Of a stretch of DNA of 64,000 nucleotides, positions 11,565 through 23,762 are shown one piece after another. How positions within the stretch are numbered: position 1 is the first letter of the stretch; each line of letters begins with the position of its first letter. Location of the stretch: the NCBI GenBank assembly GCA_000146045.2, contig BK006935.2, forward strand, positions 1 through 64,000. The letters are read 5' to 3'. The notes below the pieces were generated by a model. It saw nothing but the letters and a program-made list of their open reading frames with translations. It did no database searches and had not been told where the DNA came from. A program made the position numbers and the translations under genes. This stretch comes from TPA_inf: Saccharomyces. Taxonomy: Eukaryota.

Positions 11565-14149
11565 TTACCATACGATTGCCAGCAATACGGTGGAAATAAA
11601 AACACTTATGCCATTATTGGTCAACAGACCATTGGCAATACCAACGTAGGTTGAGATTTCTAAAGAGGCAGTACTAGATCCTATTATGCTACTTGCTGGT
11701 GTGCTACGAGGCTGTTGCGACATAGTACTTAACCCGGAAGTTATTAGACTCTTGGTGTTGCCAGTTTCGGATACAGAAACAACACTACTGCTGTGACCAA
11801 TCACATCGGTCGCGGAAGCCGTCTGTGTTTCAGCATGATTGAATCTTGAAATTGAAGAGGTGACTACTGTTTTCGTCTCAGCAGCTCCAGTACTGGTAGT
11901 TGTCTCAGCAGCTCCAGTATTGGTTGTTGTCTCACTGGTAGCACTGTTCATTTTAGAGCTGACAGACTCTTCATTCGTAGTCTGTGGCCTCCATGTTGGA
12001 TAGACCGTAACAACATCATTCACAGTAGCCGTGGCCGTCGAAACAATGGCAGGTGAAGCAGTTTCGGAACACACACCAGATTCGCAGGAAGTAACAGTAA
12101 CTAGCGTAGTTTGTTGCCTCGATTCTGTGGTGGAAATAGGACACCATGTCGTGTATTCTGTGGTAACGCCGTTAATAGTAGCAGTGCTTATAGATACAAT
12201 GGCTGGAGAAGCAGTCTTAGAGCATACGTCAGATTCACAAGAAGAAATTGTAACTACTGTGGTTTGCTCTGTTGTCCCCTTGGTTTGCTTTGTTGTCTCC
12301 GTAGTTTGCTTTGTTATCTCTGTGGTAGAAATAGGGCACCATGTGGTATACTCTGTTGTGGCACCGCTAACAGTAACGGTGGCCGTGGAAACAATTGCAG
12401 AGGAGATGGATTCAGTGCACACATGAGATTCGCAGGATGTCACGGTAACCAAAGTGGTTTGTTCGCTCGTTTTTGTAGTGGTAGCAGGTGGTAATGAAGA
12501 AGCAGTTTCCTGGCTTGTTGTTGTACTGATAACAGGTGGTAATGATGAAGTAATTTCCTGACTTGCTGTCGCACTGGTAACAGGTGGTAATGAAGAAGTA
12601 ATTTCCTGACTTGTTGTTGTACTGGTAACAGGTGGTAATGATGAAGTAATTTCCTGACTTGTTGTTGTACTGGTAACAGGTGGTAATGAAGAAGTAATTT
12701 CCTGACTTGTTGTTGCACTGGTAACAGGTGGTAATGATGAAGTAATTTCCTGACTTGTTGTTGTACTGGTAACAGGTGGTAATGATGAAGCAGTTTCCTG
12801 GCTTGTTGTTGCAGTGGTAATAGGTGGTAATGATGAAGACGAATATGTAGACTTTGGTGATTCAGAAGAGATAGAAGAGGAAGAAGAGACAGAACTAGCT
12901 GAACTAGTTTCGCTCTCAGAAGAACCAGAGGTGGAACTACTGGTTGGAATGACGGATGATTTAAATGATTCAGAGAATATAGAAGTGGAGGTTGTTGTAG
13001 AAGAAATGACAGGGGAAGAAATGAATGAAGAAGAAATGACTGGAGAAGAAGTGACTAGAGAAGAAGTGACTGAGGAAGAAATGACTAGAGAAGAAGTGTC
13101 TGAGGAAGAAATTACTGAGGAGGAAATCACAGAAGTTCCATTGCTAGGATAGAATGGGGTAATAATTGGATGCTAAGACGTGATAGAGCTGGTTATTTGT
13201 TCTGAAGAAGATGATGACAAACTGGATGAGGTGGCAGTGGTTGGACTTTTAGCAACAATAACGGTTTCGTCAGTTGGTTGACCATTAGTGCCAGTGACAG
13301 TAGTCATCTCAGTAGAAGTCGAAGTGGTAGTTGCGATGGTGCTAGTAGTATGTTTTGAAGGATCAGGGATAGTACAATTGGGCTGTTAGGTCATCGTCAA
13401 AAGAGTAAACGTGCCCTGCAAAATCATCGCTAACAGTAGTAACATCAGGCAATTCCACGCTAACTGGCAGTGTATGCCAAGAAACAGCGTTTGAGTAGAC
13501 AATCTTCATTGGACAGTAGAATCCAGCATACATATACACAGTCCCTGCAATGTTATCGGGCAATCTTCCTTGCCATGGCTTGATACCATTAATCGTAAAG
13601 TTTGTGGATGTAATTGGAGGTTGCTCTTGTGCACAGCATCCGAATGCAACGTCGCCACCGACTGATAGAATTGCAGAGTCATCGACCTTAGCAAACCTGA
13701 ACGTGTAAGAACTTGTTTGTGGTGGTAAAAAGTAACCTGTCATTTCTAGAGTAGCGTTTTTTGGGATAGTATAGAAACCAAGTAAATCAGTACTCCAATA
13801 GGTCTTTCCTGGCTATTTTGAACATTCACTATGACCTCTGCATCCCCAGTTTCCATAAGCATCTGATTGAGCACATTTAAAAGTTCCTGAAGAGATAACA
13901 CAAGAAAGATCGTAGTCAATTGAGAAATCCGTCTGTCCGCCAACGGAACCTAATTCCAATTCGAGGCATATCCAGAAGTCATATATTGCGGGTAGGAATA
14001 CGTTGTTGAATTCAGTAATGAGTACAAAAGTTGACATTCATCCCATTTTTCCTCGGGTCCGTTGGCAAGCATGCTTGTGTACTTCCTGAAACAACATTGG
14101 ACGTGGCCAGGTAGGTGAAGAGTGCCAAAAATAAATAGTGATGAGGCAT
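11565..14149 (-). pseudogene. Degenerate FLO-family flocculin gene (FLO9/FLO1 paralog) broken by frameshifts and a stop
   Basis: The 11565..13130 ORF (521 aa) is near-identical to the C-terminal third of FLO9, including the [39 protein letters not shown] modules and the hydrophobic GPI-type tail. The fragment 13363..13743 matches the FLO9 PA14 region ([30 protein letters not shown]...GIKPW...VYMYAGFY) and runs into a TGA at a point where FLO9 stays open. Bases 13131-13362 hold a single 135-nt FLO repeat unit in another frame. The reverse complement of 14149..14015 encodes [41 protein letters not shown], a FLO1-like signal peptide followed by a stop. The fragments are annotated as separate small ORFs (YAL065C, YAL064C-A). 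Confidence 0.85.
12443..12836. repeat. Tandem 48-nt (16-aa, [16 protein letters not shown]) coding repeat, about 8 copies
   Basis: The unit acaggtggtaatgatgaagtaatttcctgacttgttgttgtactggta repeats head-to-tail. The antisense ORF 12440..12718 reads [16 protein letters not shown] repeatedly, confirming the period. The equivalent FLO9 stretch near 24925-25010 has only about 2 copies. Confidence 0.85.
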
Positions 14150-14689
14150 TTCTTGGTTCGTCAATCAGGTATGGGTATATTAAACAATAACTTTAAGCCA
14201 TGCTGTTAATGATGAAAATTCTGATGCTGGTCTCTTCATATGTCATTGTTTTGGGAACTGTCTTTTTTCGATCAGATGTATGCGCAACGATTTGTTTAGC
14301 GTAGTGATGTTCCCGCGTAGTACTTAGGAAATTTTGGTATCGAAACGTCCCTACAACACTTTTTGTCGCTGATATCTGCACATGTGAGTAACGCAGATTC
14401 CATTGCATTATTACCTTCCCCTTCCCAGAAACGATTTATTACGACTCAACAAGTTCAAGAAAAAAATTAAAAAGGTTACAACCGCATTTTGCGTTTAGGT
14501 GCAGCGAGACTTACCTTGATGCAGTCCTAAAGGGTCCTGCAGCGGTTGTAACGAATCCTATTTGCTTTTGTGCATTCCTAAACGGGCTGAAGTAAAAGTC
14601 TTGAGGAACTCCAGGAGAAGATACGATAAGCTCCGAAGTGCCAAATTTTATTATCAAAAAAAAATATTTGTACGAGCGGAAAAGGATTA

Positions 14690-14940
14690 TACTCTTCCTC
14701 TTTTGCTTCATCACAAGAGGATTATTTTGACGTCGTCTGTTGTACTACTTCTTTATCGGTGTGCGCAGGAAAAGAAAGAAAAAGGAAGGAAAAATAGATG
14801 TCAAAAATCGATGTCAAAAAATCTCGTGAGACCTCCGGAATTTTGACGCTGCAAGTCAATCTACGGGAAAGAAGAAATTTTTTAAACCTAATGCAAAATA
14901 AGCTTTTCTTGGAAAATAAGATTTTCGGCAATAAAAGGTA
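14690..14940. repeat. Copy A of an unannotated diverged ~230-bp dispersed direct repeat
   Basis: It shares ordered blocks with 20880-21095: cttttgcttcatcacaag, tttatcgg, aaaaggaaggaaaaat, tgcaagtcaatctacgggaaagaagaaatttt, aacctaatgcaaaataag.ttttc. Both copies are in the same orientation. Confidence 0.6.
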
Positions 14941-17900
14941 AATGCAGCCAAAAATCAAAATACTTCAGAAGAAGTCGTAGCGAGGACTGCTAAGGGGAAG
15001 CGGATTTGAAGATCCTTTCCAGAACAAGAAGGAGCCGAAAGCTGTCAGGAACTGTTCCTGATTTTTTAGGAAAACAATTAATAGGTATCTCGTCTAGAGT
15101 AGTATCTCGAGCTTCCAGAAGTTGCAGATAATCAAAATCATTGTTTTATCCCTTTTTTTAGATTACAGCTTAGAAGAGTAGAGAGCAAGTTTACTGAAAC
15201 GGTTCCTTGTTTACAATAATATTCCTAACAAACTTTACGAATTAGGATGCAGCATGATTTTTTATATTGCTTCACTTCCTAAAGTATGAATTTTTATCCG
15301 TAGTCGCAAACAAAACAGCTACTGGAAATCTGCAGCTTGTTAAAAACCGGTAGTTTCCGAATACTCCTCGTCCTTGAGTTGTATACCGTTAAACTTCCTA
15401 GGGTGTCATGTGTCTGGCCCAATTGGCCCACAAAATCTGGTCCTATTGACGGTTTTCTTTTGATTTTCAGCATCTTCCTCTAAGAAGGACAGAAAATTAT
15501 GTAATATATGGGAGAAACGGCCTCCCAACTGCTAAGTGTCCCCGGCAGCACGAGTAAGCAAAATTCAGGCAAACTATTGCATTAAGAAGCCGTACATAAT
15601 TCAGCGTGATATGATGAAATTTTGTTAATTGCAAATTTTAGTACGATTTGGTTGTTAGTGTGTGTTTATGCAAGTAATTATTGAACCCTAAGTAGTTACT
15701 GTCTTCTTTTGCTGTAATTCGTGGATTCACGGCCCTCCAGCAACATGGATTGAAAGGTTCTTTAAAGTTTTCAATCCGTAAAGTTCTGAAATGTATTTTA
15801 ATCATGTCAATAATTTTACTGGTGAGTAGCATTTATGACCAAAAGCGTACTTAAATTAGCAGCAAAAAAATTTTTAATAACGAAACTATAAGGAAAATAC
15901 GAGGTACTGATTATGAGAGTCCCCGTTTCTCATTTTTGAGACATGATCTGAACAAGGCTGAAAACAGCAATCTTTTTCGATAACTTTTGCAAAAATTTCA
16001 AACATTGTTGTTTGAATGCAGCCAATTTTTATAGGGTACAGAGCTTAATGCTTTACATGTGCTTTATTTTCGGTACTTTCCTTAAAGTGTCTACATTATC
16101 TCTCAGGACTTGAATGTCTTCGGCTGAATTACTATAAAATCTTGAGTTTTCTCTGAAGTTTAATCCTAAGACAATAGTGGTGAGTGATGTAGTTCACGTG
16201 TGTGCCACTGGTAATAATAGAGATAACTATCTCAGTTAAGTTTGAAAAGGTAAAAAATAGTTTAAGTAGTCATTTTTTGCGACGGTCATTCTTCTCTGAT
16301 GCACGTTCTTTAGACTACCTATAAACACCATTCTTACGGAATTATAATGGAAATAAAACATCAGTACGTGTTGCTGTCGGTGATAGAGGGGTAACAGAAC
16401 CTTAATTGAAAAATTAGCACAGTGCATAATTTATTAACATGATTGTTTTCTGTGGAAAATAAGAAATTCAGCACCAGTAAAAGACGAGAAATATAGGCAC
16501 ATAAATGCGCTCTTACTCGTATGTTCCAGGATGAAAATGTTTAGGGCATCAAGTATTGCCGAAAGGGCAATATGCTTTAACACCAGAAAATCCACTGTAT
16601 ACTCGTTACGGGTAAACAAAGCAAAACGCAGTGCGTGATAATGTTTCTAAAATCTCTGCACACTGTTGAAATGCGGCTCTGATACTTTAGCCCTTAGTAC
16701 CTGACGGTGCCTAAAATGAGGATAAGTATATGAGTTTACAACGAATATAATGCTTTTTACCTCATCATATAAAGAATAATATTAATTTAAAAGTAAAAAT
16801 TAGACCTAGGTGGTAATGAGGAATGTGTCCTAATGAATTTATGTAGTTGATGCTTTTGCAGCGTTTTTTTTTTTTTGTATTAATCAAAGTGCACTACGTG
16901 ACAAAAATAAAAAGTGGATGAAAACAAAAAAATCACAGATTTTCATAAAAATAACATGGTATTCTTAATCGTATATCGTAATGGATTGTCAAAAATAAAG
17001 AGAATATAGTCGGTTCAAACCACTTTGTACGTCTACAGAGTATAGTGTAGAAATTATAGTTAGGATTGTGACATCCCTTTTTCTTTAACATAATAAGTTT
17101 GCTTCAAATTAATTGATCAATTAGGATAATAACTCTCAACACCTTTATTATTTATGTTTAGAGAGTTTATGGTCAGATGGTGATTGGTATTGATACTTAT
17201 ACTTTTTTTCTCATTAGTATAATACGCTATATTCCATGTTTGAATAGATCTTATTTTTTGGCTGTCTAGATAATAAACATACCGTTTTTAACACACACAC
17301 ACCAATGAGTAGACGTTATTGCGACTGTATGCCCTTTAAGATATTCTGTTCAAAGAGATAAGGTATTTATTCGTTTTCTTGCAATTTCTTCTCATCTATC
17401 ATTATCATACCAGATTGAATCTTATTTTTTAATTTTTAGTCTATTTGATGACGGCTACTGAATCTTTACATTACTTGAGCTGAGAAGTAAAATTGCATTA
17501 TTCATATTAAACAAAAAAATCAATTTCCCATAAAGACAATAGCTCAACTTCATCACGTCCTTGGTTTTTACCGAGTACATATATTTGATGAATTCTGATT
17601 TGAAAATATCAATTTGTTCCTCTAGAATATTTCCACTCGCACATTCAAAAGCAGGTATTGGAACGCACAAGAAGCGATCGTCACCTTCCATTGGGGTTAG
17701 TAGCAGGATATATATTTCCATTCTATATTCCAGGTTCTCTTTCACAATTTTATTGAATGAAATACCTGAGCTACCAAATCAGTCTTAATAACACCATCTT
17801 TTACACCGGTACTACAACAAACCATACTGAGTCTGAAATTGGACTTCTGCAATGAAAAATTTAAGCCCTGATCTACGCATAATGCCCGCTATAAACCTTA

Positions 17901-20879
17901 TTTTTTATATGGGGGTCTGGCGCTTCGGGAAAAGAGAGGAAAACTTGTAACTCAATATATCTCGATACAACATTACGTTTTGTAAATTTATCACAAAAGC
18001 CAAATGATGATATCTCTCTTGCAAGTTATCGAACATTGATTGGTAATTTGTTTGAAAATTGTTAATTTATTGAATATTTCTTTTGCAAAAGAAATAGTCT
18101 CAGCGAAAGCTGGTTACAAAATTTACATCATGAGTTTACGGGATTTGTAAATACGCTTTTTGCATAAAAATACTTTGCCGTTTCCCACCCTTGCATATTC
18201 ACTTACTCCCCCCTTCATATACTCTATGTAATGATGATTAAGCTTTGGCCGCTAAGTCTCTCAATTAGTGTTGATTTTGGTTTTATTCATATGATTCTTC
18301 TTTAGTGAAGTATTGATCAATTACGTGAGTCAGCTTTTTGAAAACCCCATTTGGAAGGAATTAGGAAATTATTTTGCTTACTACGACCACTAATTTACCG
18401 CCATTTCTGGGCCTTTTTATTGACTATTTTGACCATGTGCTCGACTAGAAGAACGGCATCATAATCTGCTGGTAGAGTTAGTCTATAATGATTGTTGAAA
18501 ATAAAGGCATAAGAGATATTCCACCTAAAATTCAAGTTATTGACTTTATTATCAGGATCTTAGTATCCTTTTTTGGTAAGTCATATTCAATGAACTAGGT
18601 CTCGCAAACTTTTTGTTCGAAAAGCGGTAGTGCATAGTTATGCTAACTCTGGATATATGGCATAAACCGTACAACACTAGCCCATTTTTTTGGAAGTAGT
18701 GAGGGCAGCTAGACTGTATGATGAATATTCGCCTGCATACTGAGTTTTTTGGTCCTTTTTTTTATGTGGCTGGCCTTACGATATGATGCACAATTCATAA
18801 TTTGGAAGAAGGGCAGAACAATTGCATCTGTGCTTGGCTCTCAAGAACGGTGTTTGGTGCATCAAAAGTTTTCGACTGCTTATTTGGTCGGAAATATAAA
18901 AACTCGATCCTCTTATCTAAGCAGTATACATTCTTCTTTTTGAAATGAATGTACTCCGTAATATCTTCTTATTTGGCATTTTCATCCTTAACTTTTGCAT
19001 GGCTCTGAACTAGTCAGATAGTTGCCCTTTTCAGCAAACCTCTTATTATTGAAAGCATGGTGTACATCCGTTATACTATTATATTATAAGAAATTGGGAT
19101 GCCAATTTTTTTGCTTTTGTTTTGCCTGTTTTCCTTCTTTTCGCAAAAGTAATTGCAGATTTAATAGCAGGATATTATACCGTTGGTAAAACTTAAGGAT
19201 TTTATGAACAATAGCTTCAAGTACAGCATTCATAGAACCAACTACTAAGGATGAAACTAGTATGTTTTTGTCAAAATATTTTCTTGACCTTGCTGTAACA
19301 TCAAGATCTGTTTCTCTAAGATATTAAAGTTGAGTAAAAACAAAGCTGATATGAGAAAAATACGTAATTGCTCCACATAATACGTGGGTCAGACATAAAG
19401 GTAGAATACTTGATACAGAAGAGATTATTCGGTACTCTTGATGGCGTGCTTGAACTGGTGCCTCTTAACAACCGGTAATATAGTCAGATGAGTCACTACG
19501 AGTGTGTGTAGTAGCAAGTGTTTTACCTACGTGGCAGTAAGAGTAGCTCTATGGTTGTGTAATAGTGGTGCTTATTCCTAATGCTCTGAAGTCTGAAGCG
19601 GTACAGTTGGTCTGGTCTATATCATGGTCAAAGGAGCAAACATATCTTCTGAAGTGACCGCAAATAGTACTATGATGTGGTTGGCAATATAACTTAAAAG
19701 GAAATAACCACAAGGAATTGCACCCATGTACACAGTTTTTCCCGGAAATTGGGAAACCAGTACGAACATATATCAATTACTTTTACATTATCTTGATTGG
19801 AAAACTGGCACAATTGACTGTGACGTTAGTAGTATGTTGTTCTTCTCTACATCAGTTAAATATACGTGTCAACATCAACTAATCAACTTTCCCCCGTTTA
19901 CCACATTGAAGCTGGGTGTGGAAGATTTATTTGAAGAAACTAAAACGTACCCTGTCATTTCCTGAGTCCCCTTTCAACTTAGTGTGAAAGCCGAACAATT
20001 ATAATCCTCGGTAGACAACAGATTTATTGTACTAAAGTTACTCTTCCTGTTATCTTCCTTGATTTTACTGTTATAGCAATGACCCACCGCAATCAGGAGA
20101 GCCGCCGTATGGAATAGCATACCAAGTCATAAAATCGTCAACCTATTAACGGGGTTCAGGTTCTTTTTCAGCGTAGTAGCCCTTTAACAAGCGCTGACAA
20201 AGTTGACACTCAGAGAAAATTCAGGATTTATTGTAATCCAGCTACTCATCCTTAGATCCGCTTGCAGGCATGGTTTTTTTCACCTTGAGAGGCTATTTTG
20301 GGTAAGCCAGGAAGGCTGAAAAATCCCAAAAGGACACAGTAATAAGAAATTGTTGTTGTTGTATGATGCATTTAGAACTCAAAAGACGAGTTTCTGAAAA
20401 TGCTTACAATACTCCATAGGTAACATGATTTTTTTATTAAAAAAGTATACTGTTCCTTTGGGTAAAAATTATGCAACCCTTGAGTGTCCGATGAAGATAA
20501 GACTACGAAACAATTTGCGGTAAATTTTTTCTGCTATTGACATTTACACATGCTCCAATCCATTACCCTTTCCATTCTCGTAATAAAACCTCGAACTGTT
20601 ATTTCATATTTACATCTAGACGGGTATCGGCCTCAACAACTCCAAACAAAAGTAAATAGAAAAGAGCCAGACCTATCGCACCGGGTAGAGCCAGAAAATA
20701 TTTTAAACTATAGTTGACGTATTCTACGGCTGTTGTTTAGGACAATACTTTTTCCTTCACAGGCTTCGAATTACGCACATGCAGAACTCCTGTAGAAACC
20801 ACGAAGAAAAGTTTAATTAACTTTCAAATGCCAGAACTAAAGATTGATGAAACAGTTATACGAATTTAAGGGGAACTTG

Positions 20880-21095
20880 CTTTTTCCTTTTGCTTCATCA
20901 TAAGCGCAATATTCGCAGCGGTGGCGTCGCGTCTTACCATTTATCGGCACATTTTTCCGAAAAGGAAGGAAAATGGCGGTGTCAAACGGTCTGGTGTGAC
21001 ATCTAGAAGTTCGGCATTGCAAGTTAATCTACGGGAAAAAGAAAATTTTCTTATAACCCTAATGTATAATAAGGTTTTCGGAGAAAGCAACTCAC
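20880..21095. repeat. Copy B of the same diverged dispersed direct repeat
   Basis: Blocks cttttgcttcatcataag (20888), tttatcgg (20940), aaaaggaaggaaaat (20961), tgcaagttaatctacgggaaaaagaaaatttt (21018) and aaccctaatgtataataaggttttc (21055) appear in the same order and spacing as in 14690-14940, allowing for small indels. Confidence 0.6.
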
Positions 21096-21565
21096 GGGGA
21101 ACAATTGGTTAGAAGAGACCGTAGAAGCGCCCCACTAACCTGGAGTTGATTATCGAGGATCTTTCTCAGAAAAGCAGCTAATAAATGAGCACAGTACTCA
21201 AAAATTACTCATAGTATTATAATTACTTACTTAGTCAATATGGCTGCGCTTTTAAAATGAGTATCTTTTATTTTTTGACAAGGAAGAAAAAGATGCAAGC
21301 AAAGAGAAATTTACTAAGTACAAGCTCATTTCCAAAAATTCAGTTTGCCTGTAACAATGGGTAGCGATCTTCAACATATGGGATTATGCCTTGAATGAGA
21401 TTTTTGAACGTAGAGGAAAAAATCGCAGACAGGCTTTATTGTGCTGTTTGACATAGTATACTCAGCCGTTGTGGTGTTAATGAATACTATCGATGTGTAT
21501 ACAAACGTACTTCAAATAAGCAATGCGAATATACTGCAACTTTTCGGCCTTTGCAACGATTTGTA

Positions 21566-21850
21566 ATGAATCCTTTTGCATCGCTAGAAGGACAAGATAA
21601 TATTTCTTCTGTTTTTTTTTTACATATGCAACAATTTGAAAGTCAGGTCAAAGACAGATTCCGGTTCCCCATATTCAGATTGGAGAGAAAAACTTTTGGC
21701 AACTCATGTTACCAAGTCGAGACGCTTAAAGTTAAGTGTCGGCCAAGACACGCAAAATCTTGTAATCTTTTAACGCTGCTCTTCAAATCACGGACGCAAT
21801 CAGTACTTGTACCTAATTTTGGTTTTCTAATATTGAATAGCGAACCATAG
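21566..21850 (+). CDS. Small uncharacterised ORF (94 aa)
   Basis: Open frame 21551..21850. I recall an annotated small ORF (YAL064W) from the Met at 21566. No domain is recognisable and coding status is uncertain. Confidence 0.2.
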   Translation: MNPFASLEGQDNISSVFFLHMQQFESQVKDRFRFPIFRLERKTFGNSCYQVETLKVKCRPRHAKSCNLLTLLFKSRTQSVLVPNFGFLILNSEP

Positions 21851-22394
21851 GTCGAAAATTTAAGGCCACATAAATCCAGAGCCCGCAACTTGGATAGGTA
21901 TTTACTTGATTTTTAGTTTGCTTTCAATAGTGTCGTGAAATTATAAAGTACGCCGCATATATATCTTGATTAGTTAAAAATAGCAGTGTTCAATGATGAT
22001 TTGATAGGGTTCATAACTGGTACCAGCGTAGTACAATTACGATTATCCATGAACATAAAAGTGGTTTAAGTACTATATATCAGTGAAGCTTCAAAGTAAG
22101 CAAACGAGATACCAAGATCTTGTAGGACCACGATATATAAGAAGCCTAGTTCCGTTGTAGCATCACATAGAAGAGAGCGACAATGCCTCAGAAATTCTAC
22201 AGCAACAGAAAGCACAGTGAGTCATTAACTGTTGGAATAAGACTCAACTGCGAGCTATCGACTAGTACTTATATTACTAGTATATTATATACGGTGTGAA
22301 AAGACGACATGAAGATTGAGGAAATGGTCCCAAGATCTAATGGACACTGAAATGCAAAAGTTGATAATGTAACATGAAAATTAAGGACAGCATA

Positions 22395-22685
22395 TTAAAC
22401 AGAAGAGGAAATAATGGTATTTTTACATAGAGATATGAATTTCCCTTTTTCTTTGTTCCTATATCTCTGATAATAAGTTATAATATACTTTGTGCATCTT
22501 ATATCATGCCTTTTCAACAATGAAATATCAGCAGTTATCAAAGCATTCGCCAAATTTTTATTAATAAAACAAATGTCAGAAATATGGCCGGAATCTAATC
22601 TGAAAGTTAAAATAATTCTTACGATATTCTTATCATAAAACCAATGATTAATGTTTATGATGAGCAAAACTGTGCGAGGGCACAT
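22395..22685 (-). CDS. Small uncharacterised ORF (96 aa)
   Basis: An AT-rich 96-aa ORF with no recognisable domain, annotated I believe as YAL063C-A. Coding status is uncertain. Confidence 0.2.
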   Translation of the reverse strand: MCPRTVLLIININHWFYDKNIVRIILTFRLDSGHISDICFINKNLANALITADISLLKRHDIRCTKYIITYYQRYRNKEKGKFISLCKNTIISSSV

Positions 22686-23712
22686 ACATACAGTGGGACC
22701 TCATGAGATCCAGAAAAAAAGCAAAGGAAAGTTCGATCGAAACATTAGCTCTTAGATATTACAGACGTGAGGTATCTCTTCCTTGAAGAGAATCTGGCCC
22801 TGATCAAAAACTTTATTTTGATACTGTTCGAAAAGAGAAATAAGGACAACGTTCTAATTTATACAAATATAACCAGTAGGCTTTATCGTAAAATCCTCGA
22901 ACTTGCTTCTCATCACAGAAGTATAAAAAGTAAAGAGGTCAAGCAAGAAACGAATAACCACCAAATTTTTTTCAATTGAAAAGCGAAACGTAATGGAAAT
23001 TCACCTGCTTTGAATCGTTGTTGAATTCTTATCATCAGTCATTATTTTCCTCTTTTAAAGCTTAAGTCAACCGCATCTAAGTTTAACACTTCGTTCCCGT
23101 TTTGAAGTTTATCAAAATTCCAAAATACAGTAGTTAGGTGCTCGTGACAAACCTTTTTCCAAAGTGTCATTAGACTTCATGGAACTACTACACTTCTGGG
23201 GAACGAAAAGCTACCATTTGCTCATCATTGGATAATTTCTTTTTTTTTTTTTGATGCATCCAAACTTGGACCCCTTTTGAATGTCGAGTATGAAGTATCA
23301 ATTTTAGGGCAAGTAGTTTTACAATAATTTTGGTGCACTTTTACGTCTCTGCTGATATTTTTAATACTAGTGCAAAAGAATTCGAAATAAATATAAAAGA
23401 ACAAGGAGGATTAACATACTTTAAATAACTAATTATCACCATTATTTCAAGTTTCAAGTACTGCGTATGGCATGCACAGCAGATTTCTACTCAAAAACAT
23501 CCTAAGCGAACCACACTAGATCTTACGTTAGTACTGCTGAAAATGGCAATAATTGTTAAAGCAAAAATTGGCGATGGTTCATTAATTGCTAAACAAAATA
23601 GGGCATTTTTCCTCGTTAATGATAAGTACTCATACTTCTGTTTCTATAAGTGTTAGTTGTAACTTATGAAATATCGATTTAAATTCGAAGTGTTGTTTGC
23701 AGGATATAAATC

Positions 23713-23762
23713 AAAAAAAAAAAAAAAAAAAAAAAATTAAATAAATAAATAAAATAAATACA
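23713..23762. repeat. A24 homopolymer followed by an (AAAT)n-like tract
   Basis: aaaaaaaaaaaaaaaaaaaaaaaa at 23713-23736, then ttaaataaataaataaaataaataca. It lies about 240 bp downstream of the FLO9 stop codon. Confidence 0.9.

Noticed and set aside
15405-15425. Near-palindrome tggcccaattggccca
   Set aside because: It is an imperfect palindrome, isolated, with no supporting context.
14690-21095. The diverged direct repeat pair as solo LTRs or a Ty element
   Set aside because: There are no TG...CA termini, no target-site duplication, and no gag/pol-like ORFs in the 6 kb between them. The divergence is far greater than between LTRs of one element.
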